Positions 25,150 to 34,500 of a stretch of DNA of 37,260 nucleotides are shown here, piece after piece (position 1 is the first letter of the stretch; every line of letters starts with the position of its first letter). The notes under the pieces were generated by a model, which saw nothing but the letters and a program-made list of their open reading frames with translations, did no database searches and was not told the origin of the DNA. The DNA is from Ginglymostoma cirratum. Taxonomy: Eukaryota. Where the stretch lies: contig JAHRHZ010000032.1 in NCBI GenBank assembly GCA_024137785.1, positions 13,406,508-13,443,767 of the forward strand, written 5' to 3'. A program made the translations under genes and the position numbers.

Positions 25150-26465
25150 CAAGAACTGCAGATGCTGGAGTCGGAGATAACAAGGTGCGGAACAAAAACA
25201 GAGTTGCTGGAAAAGCTCAGAAGGTCTGGCAGCATCCGTGAAGGAAAAAACAGAGTTAACATTTCGGGTCCGGTGACCGTTCCTCAGAACGTAGGAAGGT
25301 GAACTCTGTTTTTTCCTTCACAGATGCTGCCAGAGCTGCTGAGCTTTTCCAGCAACTTTGTTTTTGTTCCTGATTTACAGCATCCGCAGTTCTTTTGGTT
25401 TTTATAACAAAGTGTGGAGCTGGAGGAACACAACAGGCCAGGCAGCATCAGCAGAGCAGGAAAGCTGACGTTTCAGGTCGGAACCCTTCTTCAGAAATGG
25501 GGAGGGGGAGGGGGAGAGGAGCTCAGAAATAGAGAGAGGAGGGGTGGGGCTGGAGAAGGTAGGTGGGATGGTGACAGGTGAATGCAGGTAGGAAGTGGTC
25601 AGGATTGGTCAGTGAGGTGGGAATGGCGGATAGGTGGGAGAGAAGATGGACAGGTTGTGACAGGTCAGGGAGGCGGGGATGAGAGGGTGGGTTGGACATG
25701 GGATGAAGCGGGGTGGGGGAGATTTTGAAACTGGTAAAATACACATTCAGGTCATCGGGCTGTAGGCTCTCGAGGCGGAATATGAGGTGCTGCTCCTTCA
25801 GTTTGCGGGTGGCGTTATGGTGGCACTGGAGGAGGCCCAAGGTGGATATGTCACCCAGGGAGTGGGAGGGGAGTTAAAATGTTTTGCGACTTGTTGTTTG
25901 TCACATACAGAGCACAGATGTTCTACAAAACGGTCATCGAGTCTTTGTTTGGTCTCACCGATGTAGAGGAGGCCACATCGGGAACAGCGGATGCAGTCGA
26001 CCAAATTGATGACCATGCAGGTGAACCCATGTCTGATGTCGAAGGTTTGTTTTTGGCCTTGAATGGAGTTGAGGGGGGAGGTGTAAGGGCAGGTGTAGCA
26101 CTTCCTGCGGCTGTGGGGAAAGTGCTGGGGGTGTTGGGGCTAGTGGGGAGTGTGGAGTGGACGAGGGACTGGTGGAGAGAGCGGTCCCTACGAAAGACAT
26201 ATAGTGATGGGGAGGGAAATATATCTTTGGTTGTGGGGTCAGATTGTAGGTGGCAGAAGTGGCGCAGAATGATACATTGGATGTGGAGGTTGGTGGGATG
26301 ATATGTGAGGACAAGGGGGATTCTGTCTTTATGTTTGTTTTTGTTTGGGGAGGCGATGTGAGAGTAGAGGTGTGGGAAATGCAAGACATGTGCTTGAGGG
26401 CATTTTCGATCACTGGAGGGGGGATGTGACAGTCCTTGAAATAGGAGGACATCTGGGATGTGCAG
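25150..26465 (-). mobile_element. Penelope-like retroelement fragment with a GIY-YIG endonuclease remnant
   Basis: Frameshifted ORFs …KDRIPLVLTYHPTNLHIQCII…, CIRCSRCGLLYIGETKQRLDDRFVEHL…VAKHFNS and RKLKEQHLIFRL. The terminal repeat carries a hammerhead motif at about 25463-25498. Confidence 0.9.
25192..25403. mobile_element. Palindromic mini-element (family A) nested in the Penelope terminal repeat
   Basis: Inverted arms. Flanks ataacaaggtgcgga (25177-25191) and ataacaaagtgtgga (25404-25418). Confidence 0.85.
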
Positions 26466-27004
26466 GAGTAGATTCTTGTTTATTTCCCAACAGCTACATG
26501 CATAAATTTGTCTGGTGGGATTTCAGAGAGACCTAGGAGTTGAAATATCTCAAGCCACATTTCTGAAGCAGTGAGTTAGTTTTCTAATTCACCTTGTTAC
26601 CTAGGCTAAAACTCAGCAACTCTAATTTTCCTAAATTTAAAATTGATTTTAGCATGCATTCAAACAACATTAAGATTGTTAGATACTAGCCCTGAATTTG
26701 CTAGAAGAGTAATTGCAAGTTTAATGTGCGATCATTCTTAGTGTATAAATAACCCAACAAATCAGAGTGAGGAAGATTTTTGCCAGGATAATTTGTGCCA
26801 GTCTGCATTAGTCTTGTGAAATGGAACAATTTGCTAGTGATCTAGGGCTGCAGATAATTAAGGCTGGTACATAACAGTAAGACCATTTTTAATAATGAGA
26901 TTTCTGTTACTGCATTGTCATTTAATCCCAACCCAGAAAGGAACGACTGAAATTGAGTTTCATTCTTGCAGGTTGTTGTTCTTGTTTGACCTGTTTTCAC
27001 TCGA

Positions 27005-27010
27005 TTTATT
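27005..27010 (-). promoter_or_regulatory. Candidate polyadenylation signal AATAAA of the CD200-like gene
   Basis: tttatt on + at 27005-27010, about 60-100 nt downstream of the three candidate spliced stop codons. Confidence 0.35.
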
Positions 27011-27069
27011 TCTGTCATTTGTTTCTTTTCCTATCCTTACATTTCACCAGAGATACACTGTTGGTTCTG

Positions 27070-27151
27070 TCATACATGAAGATCACCAGATGCCCGTTTC
27101 CTAGTGACCGATCACGCTTTCACCAATTCTTGGACAAAAAAAAGTTTTGAG
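27070..27151 (-). CDS. Candidate terminal coding exon (short cytoplasmic tail); acceptor ambiguous
   Basis: Three AG acceptors give short tails. An exon starting at 27151 gives SSKLFFVQELVKA*, at 27128 RIGESVIGH*, and at 27100 RKRASGDLHV*. Read-through of the TM donor stops at once (AGG TAA). Confidence 0.4.
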
Positions 27152-27241
27152 CTGAGGTTCAAGGGAAAAAAAATCTAACAAACTGCACAACAGTTGATTT
27201 TCTTTTCCAGAAAATTGCGTAAATCAATGAAGTTTACTTAC

Positions 27242-27359
27242 CTTAGCTGACATCTCTTTTTGTAGCACTGGCGGCTGGACACTAGTACAACTATCAGAAT
27301 TGCTACCAGTACTAAAACAATCCAAGTATGGTGCTGCGAGTTATTTGGTGATGTGTGTG
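27242..27359 (-). CDS. CD200: CD200-like gene, stalk and transmembrane exon (not in the ORF track)
   Basis: 118-nt exon, acceptor tctctttgcag| and donor AG|gtaagt. The phase-1 start matches the V-exon donors. Translates as AHTSPNNSQHHT-WIVLVLVAILIVVLVSS-RQCYKKRCQL(R/S): a hydrophobic stretch followed by a basic stop-transfer segment. Confidence 0.82.
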
Positions 27360-29059
27360 CTGCAAAGAGATAAAAGGGAAATATAAGTATCCTCGTTGAA
27401 AGTTGGAATTAAATACACAGAGAGTGGGAGACCAGTAAAATACCTTGCATTCTCTTGCACACCTCACCGACCTGAAATTTTACAGAGAGTGGGTGTTTTC
27501 AGCTCATTTGGAATATTGAGGCTGCTGGGAGCAGATTACAGATGGGGAGGAAGCCCCTTGTGTCACCTGACATGGGCCTCAGATGAGGTTTCTCCACCCT
27601 GGATGCTCCCTCCATGCCTGATATTGCCATTGTGACCCCCTCGCTCCTCATCATGCCCAGGTTTCCCATTCTGTTTGCCGTTTTATGTTTCATGGTCTGT
27701 ATACTTTTAAGAGACATGCATGTTATCATCATGAGTGCATGATAGCATCCAAGTGTGTGACCCAAGTTATAAGGATCTCAGACTCCCTGTTATTCTGGGA
27801 ATCATTTAAAGCATAGCATGATAACTTTTAACTTAATAGCTCAATATGAGCACAAACACAAGCCTGTGAATGTAATATTTGTAGATATTAGTGAGCCATA
27901 ATAATCATTGTTGGATTCTTCAAAAACACAGTATCTCTGTCTATTTTGAAGTTAACATTAGCATTCCCACATCAGATAAAATACCCTGTTGGAGGCAAAA
28001 CCCACAAGACTCCACACCTATCTTTACGTTTTGGGTTCCAGCATTTTAAATCAGAGGACTGCCTGTATTCCCACCAGTAACAACCACTCTGGATGGCGCT
28101 GCTGGACCGACAGAGCTGCCAACCAATCAGACTGAGTCACAGCTCTGAAGTGGGAATTCTGCCCGAGCAAGAGGTGGGAGTCCCACCTCCAGCCAATTAA
28201 TCTCCTCTGATTATTAATGGCTATGCAGATGTCCTGATCAATGGGAATGCATTACATTCTCTGTAGAATCTTTGTGTGGTGGTGCAGGAAACCATGCCAT
28301 CACAGTTGTGCTATAAACTTTCTTTCTCCTTCTGAGATGCAAATGAATTGGGATCAATGATAGGTAATTAGCATTTACTAAATATAAGGATAAGGTGTCT
28401 CACATTTGCTTCCTCTGCCTTCTTTCCCATGGCAATCTTGAGATCATAAGTTATAGGCTTCCCTAGCTATCGATGTCCATCTCAGACAGACAGCAATCAT
28501 TTGATTTGCAAAGAGAAGCAGATGCTGTGTTTTGTCAGCTACCAAAGCTGGATACAGGAGAGGAAAGTCTCTAGTTAGAGTGAAGCATCCTGGATCAGGA
28601 CCATGTGGGGATAGCACCCTAAGACAGGGAGTTAACATTACCAAGAGCAGCAGTCAAGAAACAGGCAGTCAGAGATGGAGCTAGATTCACTAGGGATGAT
28701 TGTTAGCAGAGGTGCAACGGGGAAAGGTTGCCCTCGAAGGATTTTTAGCTATAGTGTACTGAGGGCTAGAAAATATAATACCCCGGCACTTCGTGCCTCA
28801 CAAATAATGTACGGGGTAAATCAAGAGCATTGGAAATCTATTGAAGCACTTCAGTGTAAAACATATTATATCGAGCACTTTCTGGAAGAAATACTTTCAC
28901 CAAGCTGTATAGTTGCATGCGCTCCAACATCCCACTCATGGCGACTGGTGTGCTGACGCTGTTTGCAACATTGACTTCTGGTTTTGGAAGTCACTGTTGC
29001 GCATGGACTCAAGGTGCTCAAAAAAGAAGAAAAAGGAAATTAGGAGGAACACTGTCAGT

Positions 29060-29395
29060 AAGTTGTAATTTGAAATGTTTTGCCCTTGGGCTGCACACCT
29101 GATTCCTATTTGGATGAGTGCTGTCTGGAGGGTGGAAAAGCTGACCATGGTATCGTGACAGACAGCCATTCAATTGGGTGAGCAATACAGATGTAGCAAT
29201 AGGTGATAGAATAGTGAGGTGGATTGAAACCGTTCTCTGTTGCAAAGAATACCACATCAGCCAGCACTGTGGCATGCCCAGTGTCATGATTCAGGACATC
29301 TACTCAGGGCTGAAGAGAAACTTGTAGTGAGACGAGCAGAGGATCCAGTGGTCCTGGTGCATGTAGGTACCAATGAGAAAGGTTGATTGAGGGAA
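29060..29395 (+). mobile_element. CR1 ORF1 (SGNH esterase-like) remnant
   Basis: VAIGDRIVR…EDPVVLVHVGTNE corresponds to the GDS and GxND blocks of the CR1 ORF1 esterase. Confidence 0.75.
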
Positions 29396-29399
29396 ATAG

Positions 29400-29555
29400 C
29401 TGCATTCCTGATGTGGAATGTATTTGCAAAATTAGGTGACTGCAAACAATTGTACTTGCATTTTCTTGAAAAAGACAGTAATATTTAAATTGAAATGTTC
29501 ATGTAATACTTTCGTTTACAGATTTTATGAATAAAGTATATTTTTGCATAAAATA
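29400..29555 (+). mobile_element. L1/Tx1-like 3' end (element possibly extends from about 28700)
   Basis: ttttatgaataaagtatattttt followed by an A-rich end. Confidence 0.4.
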
Positions 29556-29719
29556 ATTCTACAGAGAAAGGAACAAGCTGTTTGGTGAGACTCTGGTACC
29601 TGGTTAAGCTATTTTCTATTCTTAAGCTTTAGCATTGTATACAAATTGATGGTAAAGTTAATACAATATATAAAAAGCAAGAGAAATTCGTGAATATTTA
29701 ATTAAATTAATTGAAGCTC

Positions 29720-30875
29720 ATTAATGATGTCAGTTAATGTGCCTAGGTTTATCATGTGGGAGCTCCTGGATACCATTTATGATCCAGGGCAGATACTCTT
29801 CGGTAAGTGTTTAAAGTTCAAGCAGTTTCGACTCAGAGTTTATTGAATGGAGACTGAACTACAGACACATACCAGAGACAGAGATAGTTACTTGGATTCT
29901 TTCCACCAGAAGGCAGTCACACTAATAAGGATAGGGTATTGTAATTTGGTCAGTGCTCAGGGACAGGAAAACGTGACTGTGAGTGATGGAGCTATGGAAT
30001 GAAGGCAGAGTTGGCAGTCTCTGCAATTGTCCATAGAGTTTGAGGTTTTCTTAGGGTGTTTGGATGAGGTTGTGGGCTGCAGGGTGAATATGCAAACTGA
30101 CCATGTTATTGGAAGCCATTCAAATAGGGGAGCAGAAAGAAATATAGTCATTGTAGGTGATACTACAGTGAGGGTATTGACACTGTTCACAGAAGGAGTG
30201 AGAGTCTAACAATAATGTTTCCTGCCCAGGTCAATGGTTCAGGAAATCTATTTAGAGTTGAAAAGACACTTGCAGTTGGAAGGGGAGGATACAGTGTTTG
30301 AAATCTATGTTGGCACCAATGACACAGACAGAAGGCAGCACGGTGGCACAGTGGTTAGCACTGCTGCCTCACAGTGCCAGGGGCCAGGTTCGATTCCAAC
30401 CTCGGGCAATTGTCTGTGTGGACTTTGCACATTCTCCCTGTGTCTGTGTGGGTTTCTTCCGGGTGCTCTGGTTTCCTCCCACAGTCCAAAGATGTGCAGG
30501 CTAGGTAGATTGGCCATGCTAAATTGCCCATAGTGTTCAGGGATGTGTAGATTAGGTGGTTATAGGGGGACGATTCTGGGTGGGATCCTCTGAGGGTCGG
30601 TGTGGACATGTTGGGCCAAAGGGCCTGTTTCCACACTATAGGGATACTAAGGGAAAAAAAGACTAAGACTAAAAAGATCTAGGAAAGAGGTGCAGTATAG
30701 AGAATGTGAGAAGTTGGGCATTAAATTAAAATGCAAAACCTTAAAGTTTATAAACTCTGGACTATTACCTGAGCTTCCTGTAAGTTAGCATAGAGTATGT
30801 GAAATTAGAGAAGTGAATATGTGGTTCAAAGACTGGCACAGGAGAAGTCATTAAATATTTTTATGGCAGAATGGA
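29720..30875 (+). mobile_element. CR1 ORF1 remnant interrupted by an HE1 SINE
   Basis: MWELLDT…, IVIVGDTTVR and LEGEDTVFEIYVGTND before the SINE; …KLGIKLK…SGLLPE after it. Confidence 0.8.
30334..30649 (+). mobile_element. HE1-type tRNA-derived SINE, full length
   Basis: A box ggtggcacagtgg, B box ggttcgattcc, conserved core tttgcacattctccc…tttcctcccacagtccaaagatgtgc, and a CR1-like tail. Confidence 0.92.
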
Positions 30876-30884
30876 TAATAGAAT

Positions 30885-30985
30885 TCTGGTGGAAGGTCAA
30901 CGATGTGAATTGAAAACTCTAAATCTCTCTCTTCACAGCTAATTACTGATCTGCTAAATATTTACAGTAATTTTGTTTTATTATT
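30885..30985. mobile_element. Highly degenerate family-A mini-element remnant
   Basis: tctctcttcacag…gatctgctaaatatttacagtaattttgttttatt resembles the right arm of the family. Confidence 0.45.
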
Positions 30986-31062
30986 TAACTAAATGGTACT
31001 TTAATGAAGTTCACTTTCCTGATTTCAAGCTTTTTTATATACATGTTTATAGTCAGTCTTAC

Positions 31063-31398
31063 CATATACGGTGAGGCATGTCTTCCCGATGTTTTGGCCA
31101 GTTCTCGATGTATTAAAGACACAGTGATAACATCCTTCATCTTCAAGCCTTACTCCAGACAGTAGAATAGTAGATACTTGTACCCTTGACGGTTTGAAAG
31201 CAGCTCTACCACTAAATGACACCGAAAAACTGCCTCCATTTATTTCACTAAATGTAGCAATATTATCCTCAGATTGACCATTTAACTTTTGCCAAGTGAC
31301 CTCTAGAATATCTTTTAAATAAGACGTGCAGCTGAAGGTTACATTTCCACCTAAAACTGCTGTGATATTCTCCTGTGTCTCCACGTTTACATCCGTTG
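31063..31398 (-). CDS. CD200: CD200/OX-2-like gene, IgV exon 2
   Basis: 336-nt exon, acceptor ttttttattccacag| and donor TATG|gtaaga, phase 1-1. Encodes ATDVNVETQENITAVLGGNVTFSC...VTWQK...LEDEGCYHCVFNTSRTGQNIGKTCLTVY, with N-glycosylation sequons NIT and NVT. By hand, 69/112 residues are identical to V exon 1. Confidence 0.88.
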
Positions 31399-31516
31399 CT
31401 GTGGAATAAAAAAAAATTAACTGTATCAATTGTTACATAAATAATTTTCAGCAAAGTATTTTGAGGTTTACATACTGGACAAATTAGTATGTTCAAATAA
31501 TGGACAAATTATATCA

Positions 31517-31850
31517 GTGGGTCTCAGCGGTAGCACACTCACCTCTGAGTCAGAGTTGGTTCAAGTTGCATTCCAGAGAATGACCTTAGACTGACCCTAT
31601 GTGTGCTGAGAGACTACTGTACTATTGGAGGTGCTCTCTTTCAGGTGAGATGCTACATGCAAGCCCCATCTGCCTTTTTGGTAGAAAGTAAAAGATAGCA
31701 TGACTGTCCTTGATGAAGAATGGGGAAGTTTACCTTAGTATCTGGTCAATATTAATGCCTCTGCCAACTGTATTAAAACAGATTATTTGTCCCTCAATTT
31801 TCTCAGTTAATTACAGGCAAATCAATAGTTGTCACATTCTGTTAGGTACT
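31517..31850 (+). mobile_element. DeuSINE-like SINE
   Basis: ggtagcacactcacctctgagtcaga…ggaggtgct…tttcaggtgagatg…ccccatctgcc…aaaacagattat. Confidence 0.7.
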
Positions 31851-32013
31851 GTTACCTTTTTGCTTCTTTTTATGTATATAGTCAGAAGGAGTAGAAGCAC
31901 TGAACATCATCTTCAGAGAGAAGACTGCCTTATCCATTGTGTATGGTTGCCATCTCCACTATGCTGTTGGCCACATTTTAATTAAAAATAATGCCCAATT
32001 ATACCTGGACTTA

Positions 32014-32345
32014 TCATAGAATCCCTACAGTGTGGAAACAAGCCCTTTGGCCCATCAAGTCCACACTGACCCTCAGAGCATCCCACCCAGAACCATCCCC
32101 CTACTCTTTCCCTGTAACCCACCTAATCTACACATCTCTAAGCACTATGGGCAATTTAGCATGGCCAATCCACCTAGCCTGCACATCTTTGGACTGTGGG
32201 AGGAAACCGGAGCGCCCAGAGGAAACCCATACCAACAAAGGGAGAATGTGCAAACTCCACACAGACATTGGTCCAAGGCTGGAATCAAACCCAGGTCCCT
32301 GGTGGTGTGAGACAGCAGTGCTAACCACTGAGCCACCATGCCATG
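32014..32345 (-). mobile_element. HE1-type SINE, full length
   Basis: Reverse complement of 30334-30649 at high identity. Confidence 0.92.
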
Positions 32346-33358
32346 CCCTTCTTGTGCAAGAATTAACTGTAAGGCCCGTGTGCTTTAAATAGCACCCACT
32401 GTCCTAAGTTCTGTGCATATTTCAGTACGTTTTTGGTCCCTTGTTACTGTATTATAATAAATCCAATTTTTTTTCAATTCAAACTATAATGCCTAAAGAT
32501 CTATCATATTATTTCTGGCCAGATTTAGCAGCAATAATGGCAGAGAAAACTGACAGAAAATTAGATAATAAGTTTAATACATTTCCCCTCATTTTCTGTG
32601 ATACTTTCCATTTCCTACAAAAATATTGGGACTGATTTTTGTGGAAATTTGGCTGTTACGGGTTAAGTATTTGTTAGTGAGCTGTGAGAGAAATATCTGG
32701 CATTATTCTGATGCTCTTAAAGTGTGTGTTTCCTAACACGTTCTCTAGGACAGAGGTGCACAACAGTTTACCTCTAATCTGCTTACACTGATGAGCAGTA
32801 AACTGTGATGAACCTCTGATTCACTGCTCAGATATATTCTTTCCTTATTGCAAATGAGATATTCCACCTTCTAAATAATAAATCATTACAATTAAGCTGG
32901 AATCAAGACATTACCTTTCATACAACTTTCATTGGAAACAGACAACGTATGCAACTTTCAAGACTTACAACAGTTTAAACCTTGCAATTTAATTTATAGC
33001 ATTTCAAGGCAAAAGTAAGATAGGCATAAGAAGATTACTTAATTCAAACAGGAAGCAACTTTCATGCAATTTTACATTGTCCAAATTAGATAATGGATAT
33101 GTGGGATAAAGAAAGTAAGAATTTCAGGTCAATTATTGCAATTAGAAAGAAATTGAATCAAGTAAATGTTGAAAGAGTTAAAGAGACAGTAATACATCTA
33201 TTCAATTCACACTGAGAAAAAAAGAGTGATCTTGGTTGTTGAATGAGAAATTCCTGACTGAAGTAGTCACGTGTGGACTGTGGAAGGAGATGGTTTGGAG
33301 TATGGACCACCTTTTTTGATTTCAAGCTTTCTCATATTCTTATCTGTATTAGTCTTAC

Positions 33359-33694
33359 CATGTACAATCAGGCAAGTCTTCCCAATCTTATTGCCATCTA
33401 GGAATGTAGTAAAAACACAACGATAACATCCTTCATCTTCAAACATCACTCTAGACACTACAAGGGTGGACATTTGCAGCTTTGATTGTACGAAAGTAGC
33501 TCTACCACCAAATGAATCAAGTATATGGGCTCCATTTTTTTCACTAAATGTAGCAATATTATCCTCAGATTGACCACGTAACTTTTGCCAAGTGACCTGT
33601 ACAATGTCTTTAAAATGTAAAGTGCAGCTGAAGGTAACATTTCCGCCTAAAGATGCTGTAACAGTCTTCTCTGTTTCCACATTCAGAGAAATTC
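33359..33694 (-). CDS. CD200: CD200/OX-2-like gene, IgV exon 1 (membrane-distal)
   Basis: 336-nt exon, acceptor ttcttgtattcacag| and donor CATG|gtaaga, phase 1-1. Encodes GISLNVETEKTVTASLGGNVTFSC...VTWQK...EDNIATFSEKNG...EDEGCYRCVFTTFLDGNKIGKTCLIVH. It has the B/F-strand cysteines, C-strand Trp, the DxGxYxC motif and the extra F/G cysteine pair typical of CD200 (LEDEGCYMCLFNTF...GTACLTVY). The symbol denotes the family; orthology is not established. Confidence 0.88.
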
Positions 33695-33799
33695 CTGTGA
33701 ATACAAGAAAATTATAGTAAAACACATTAATATTTCCACACCATCTGCAGAGTTTCATCGCCAATAAATTATTCAGAGCTTTTCAAATTATAGTGGACT

Positions 33800-34500
33800 A
33801 ACCGTTACTCAGCAATCTTGTGTTGGAATCAGAAGATTGTAAATCAGATTCCTAAAGGTTTGACTGCAAACTCTAGCATGATACTACCAATTCAGTGGAG
33901 AGAGAGTACTGCACTACTAGACACTAGAAATTAAGGCAAGCTCCCATCTGCCCTCAGGTAATACAAGAGATACCAAAGCACTATTTGTAAAAGATCAAAG
34001 AAGTTTCCCTGTCTCCAGTATAATATTGGTTCTTCAAATAATATAGAATCGCTACAGTGCAGAAAGAGGTCATTCGGCCCATCAGGTTTGCACCAACCCT
34101 TCAAAGACCATCCCACCCCATCCCTGTATTTACCATTTCTAACCCAACTTGTCTATACATTCCTAGACACCACTCGGCAATTTAGCATGGCCAATCCACC
34201 TAACATGCATTTCTTTGGACTGTGGAAGAAAACGAGAGCGCCCAGAGGAAACTCACTGGGAGGACATTGCAAGCTCCACACAGAAAGTCACCCAAGGCTG
34301 GAATTGAAACCAAGTCTCTAGTGATGTGAGGTAGCAATACTAGGCACTGAGCCACCATGCCACCTCCGTAGTGCTGAAACAGGTTATCTAACCATTATTG
34401 AATTACTGTTTGCGTAAATTGGCTGCTGCATTTCCTACTTTACAAATAGTAAATACATTCAAATATACTTAAATGACTGTAAAGCACTTGGGAAATTCTG
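33800..34500 (+). mobile_element. DeuSINE-like SINE split by an HE1 SINE
   Basis: caagctcccatctgccctcaggt before the insertion; aaacaggttatct…aaattggctgctgcatttcctac…ctgtaaagcacttggg after it. Confidence 0.65.
34044..34364 (-). mobile_element. HE1-type SINE (more diverged)
   Basis: ggcaatttagcatggccaatccacctaac…tttggactgtgg…cactgagccaccatgcc. Confidence 0.88.

Noticed and set aside
24718-25262. 117-aa and 121-aa ORFs as host genes
   Set aside because: Composed of decayed CR1 RT-like sequence and Penelope terminal repeats.
27470-28272. Possible TIR element (aaattttacag … ctgtagaatct)
   Set aside because: The inverted match is too short and degenerate and no TSD is visible.
28444-29287. ORFs in the V2-TM intron as the missing IgC exon
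   Set aside because: No Ig Cys/Trp spacing or compatible splice sites, and they overlap retroelement remnants.
30334-30410. tRNA gene
   Set aside because: The A and B boxes belong to an HE1 SINE head present three times in the window.
31063-33694. V exons as rearranging Ig/TCR/IgNAR V segments
   Set aside because: They include the G strand, end in splice donors, have no heptamer/nonamer RSS, and carry CD200-type motifs.
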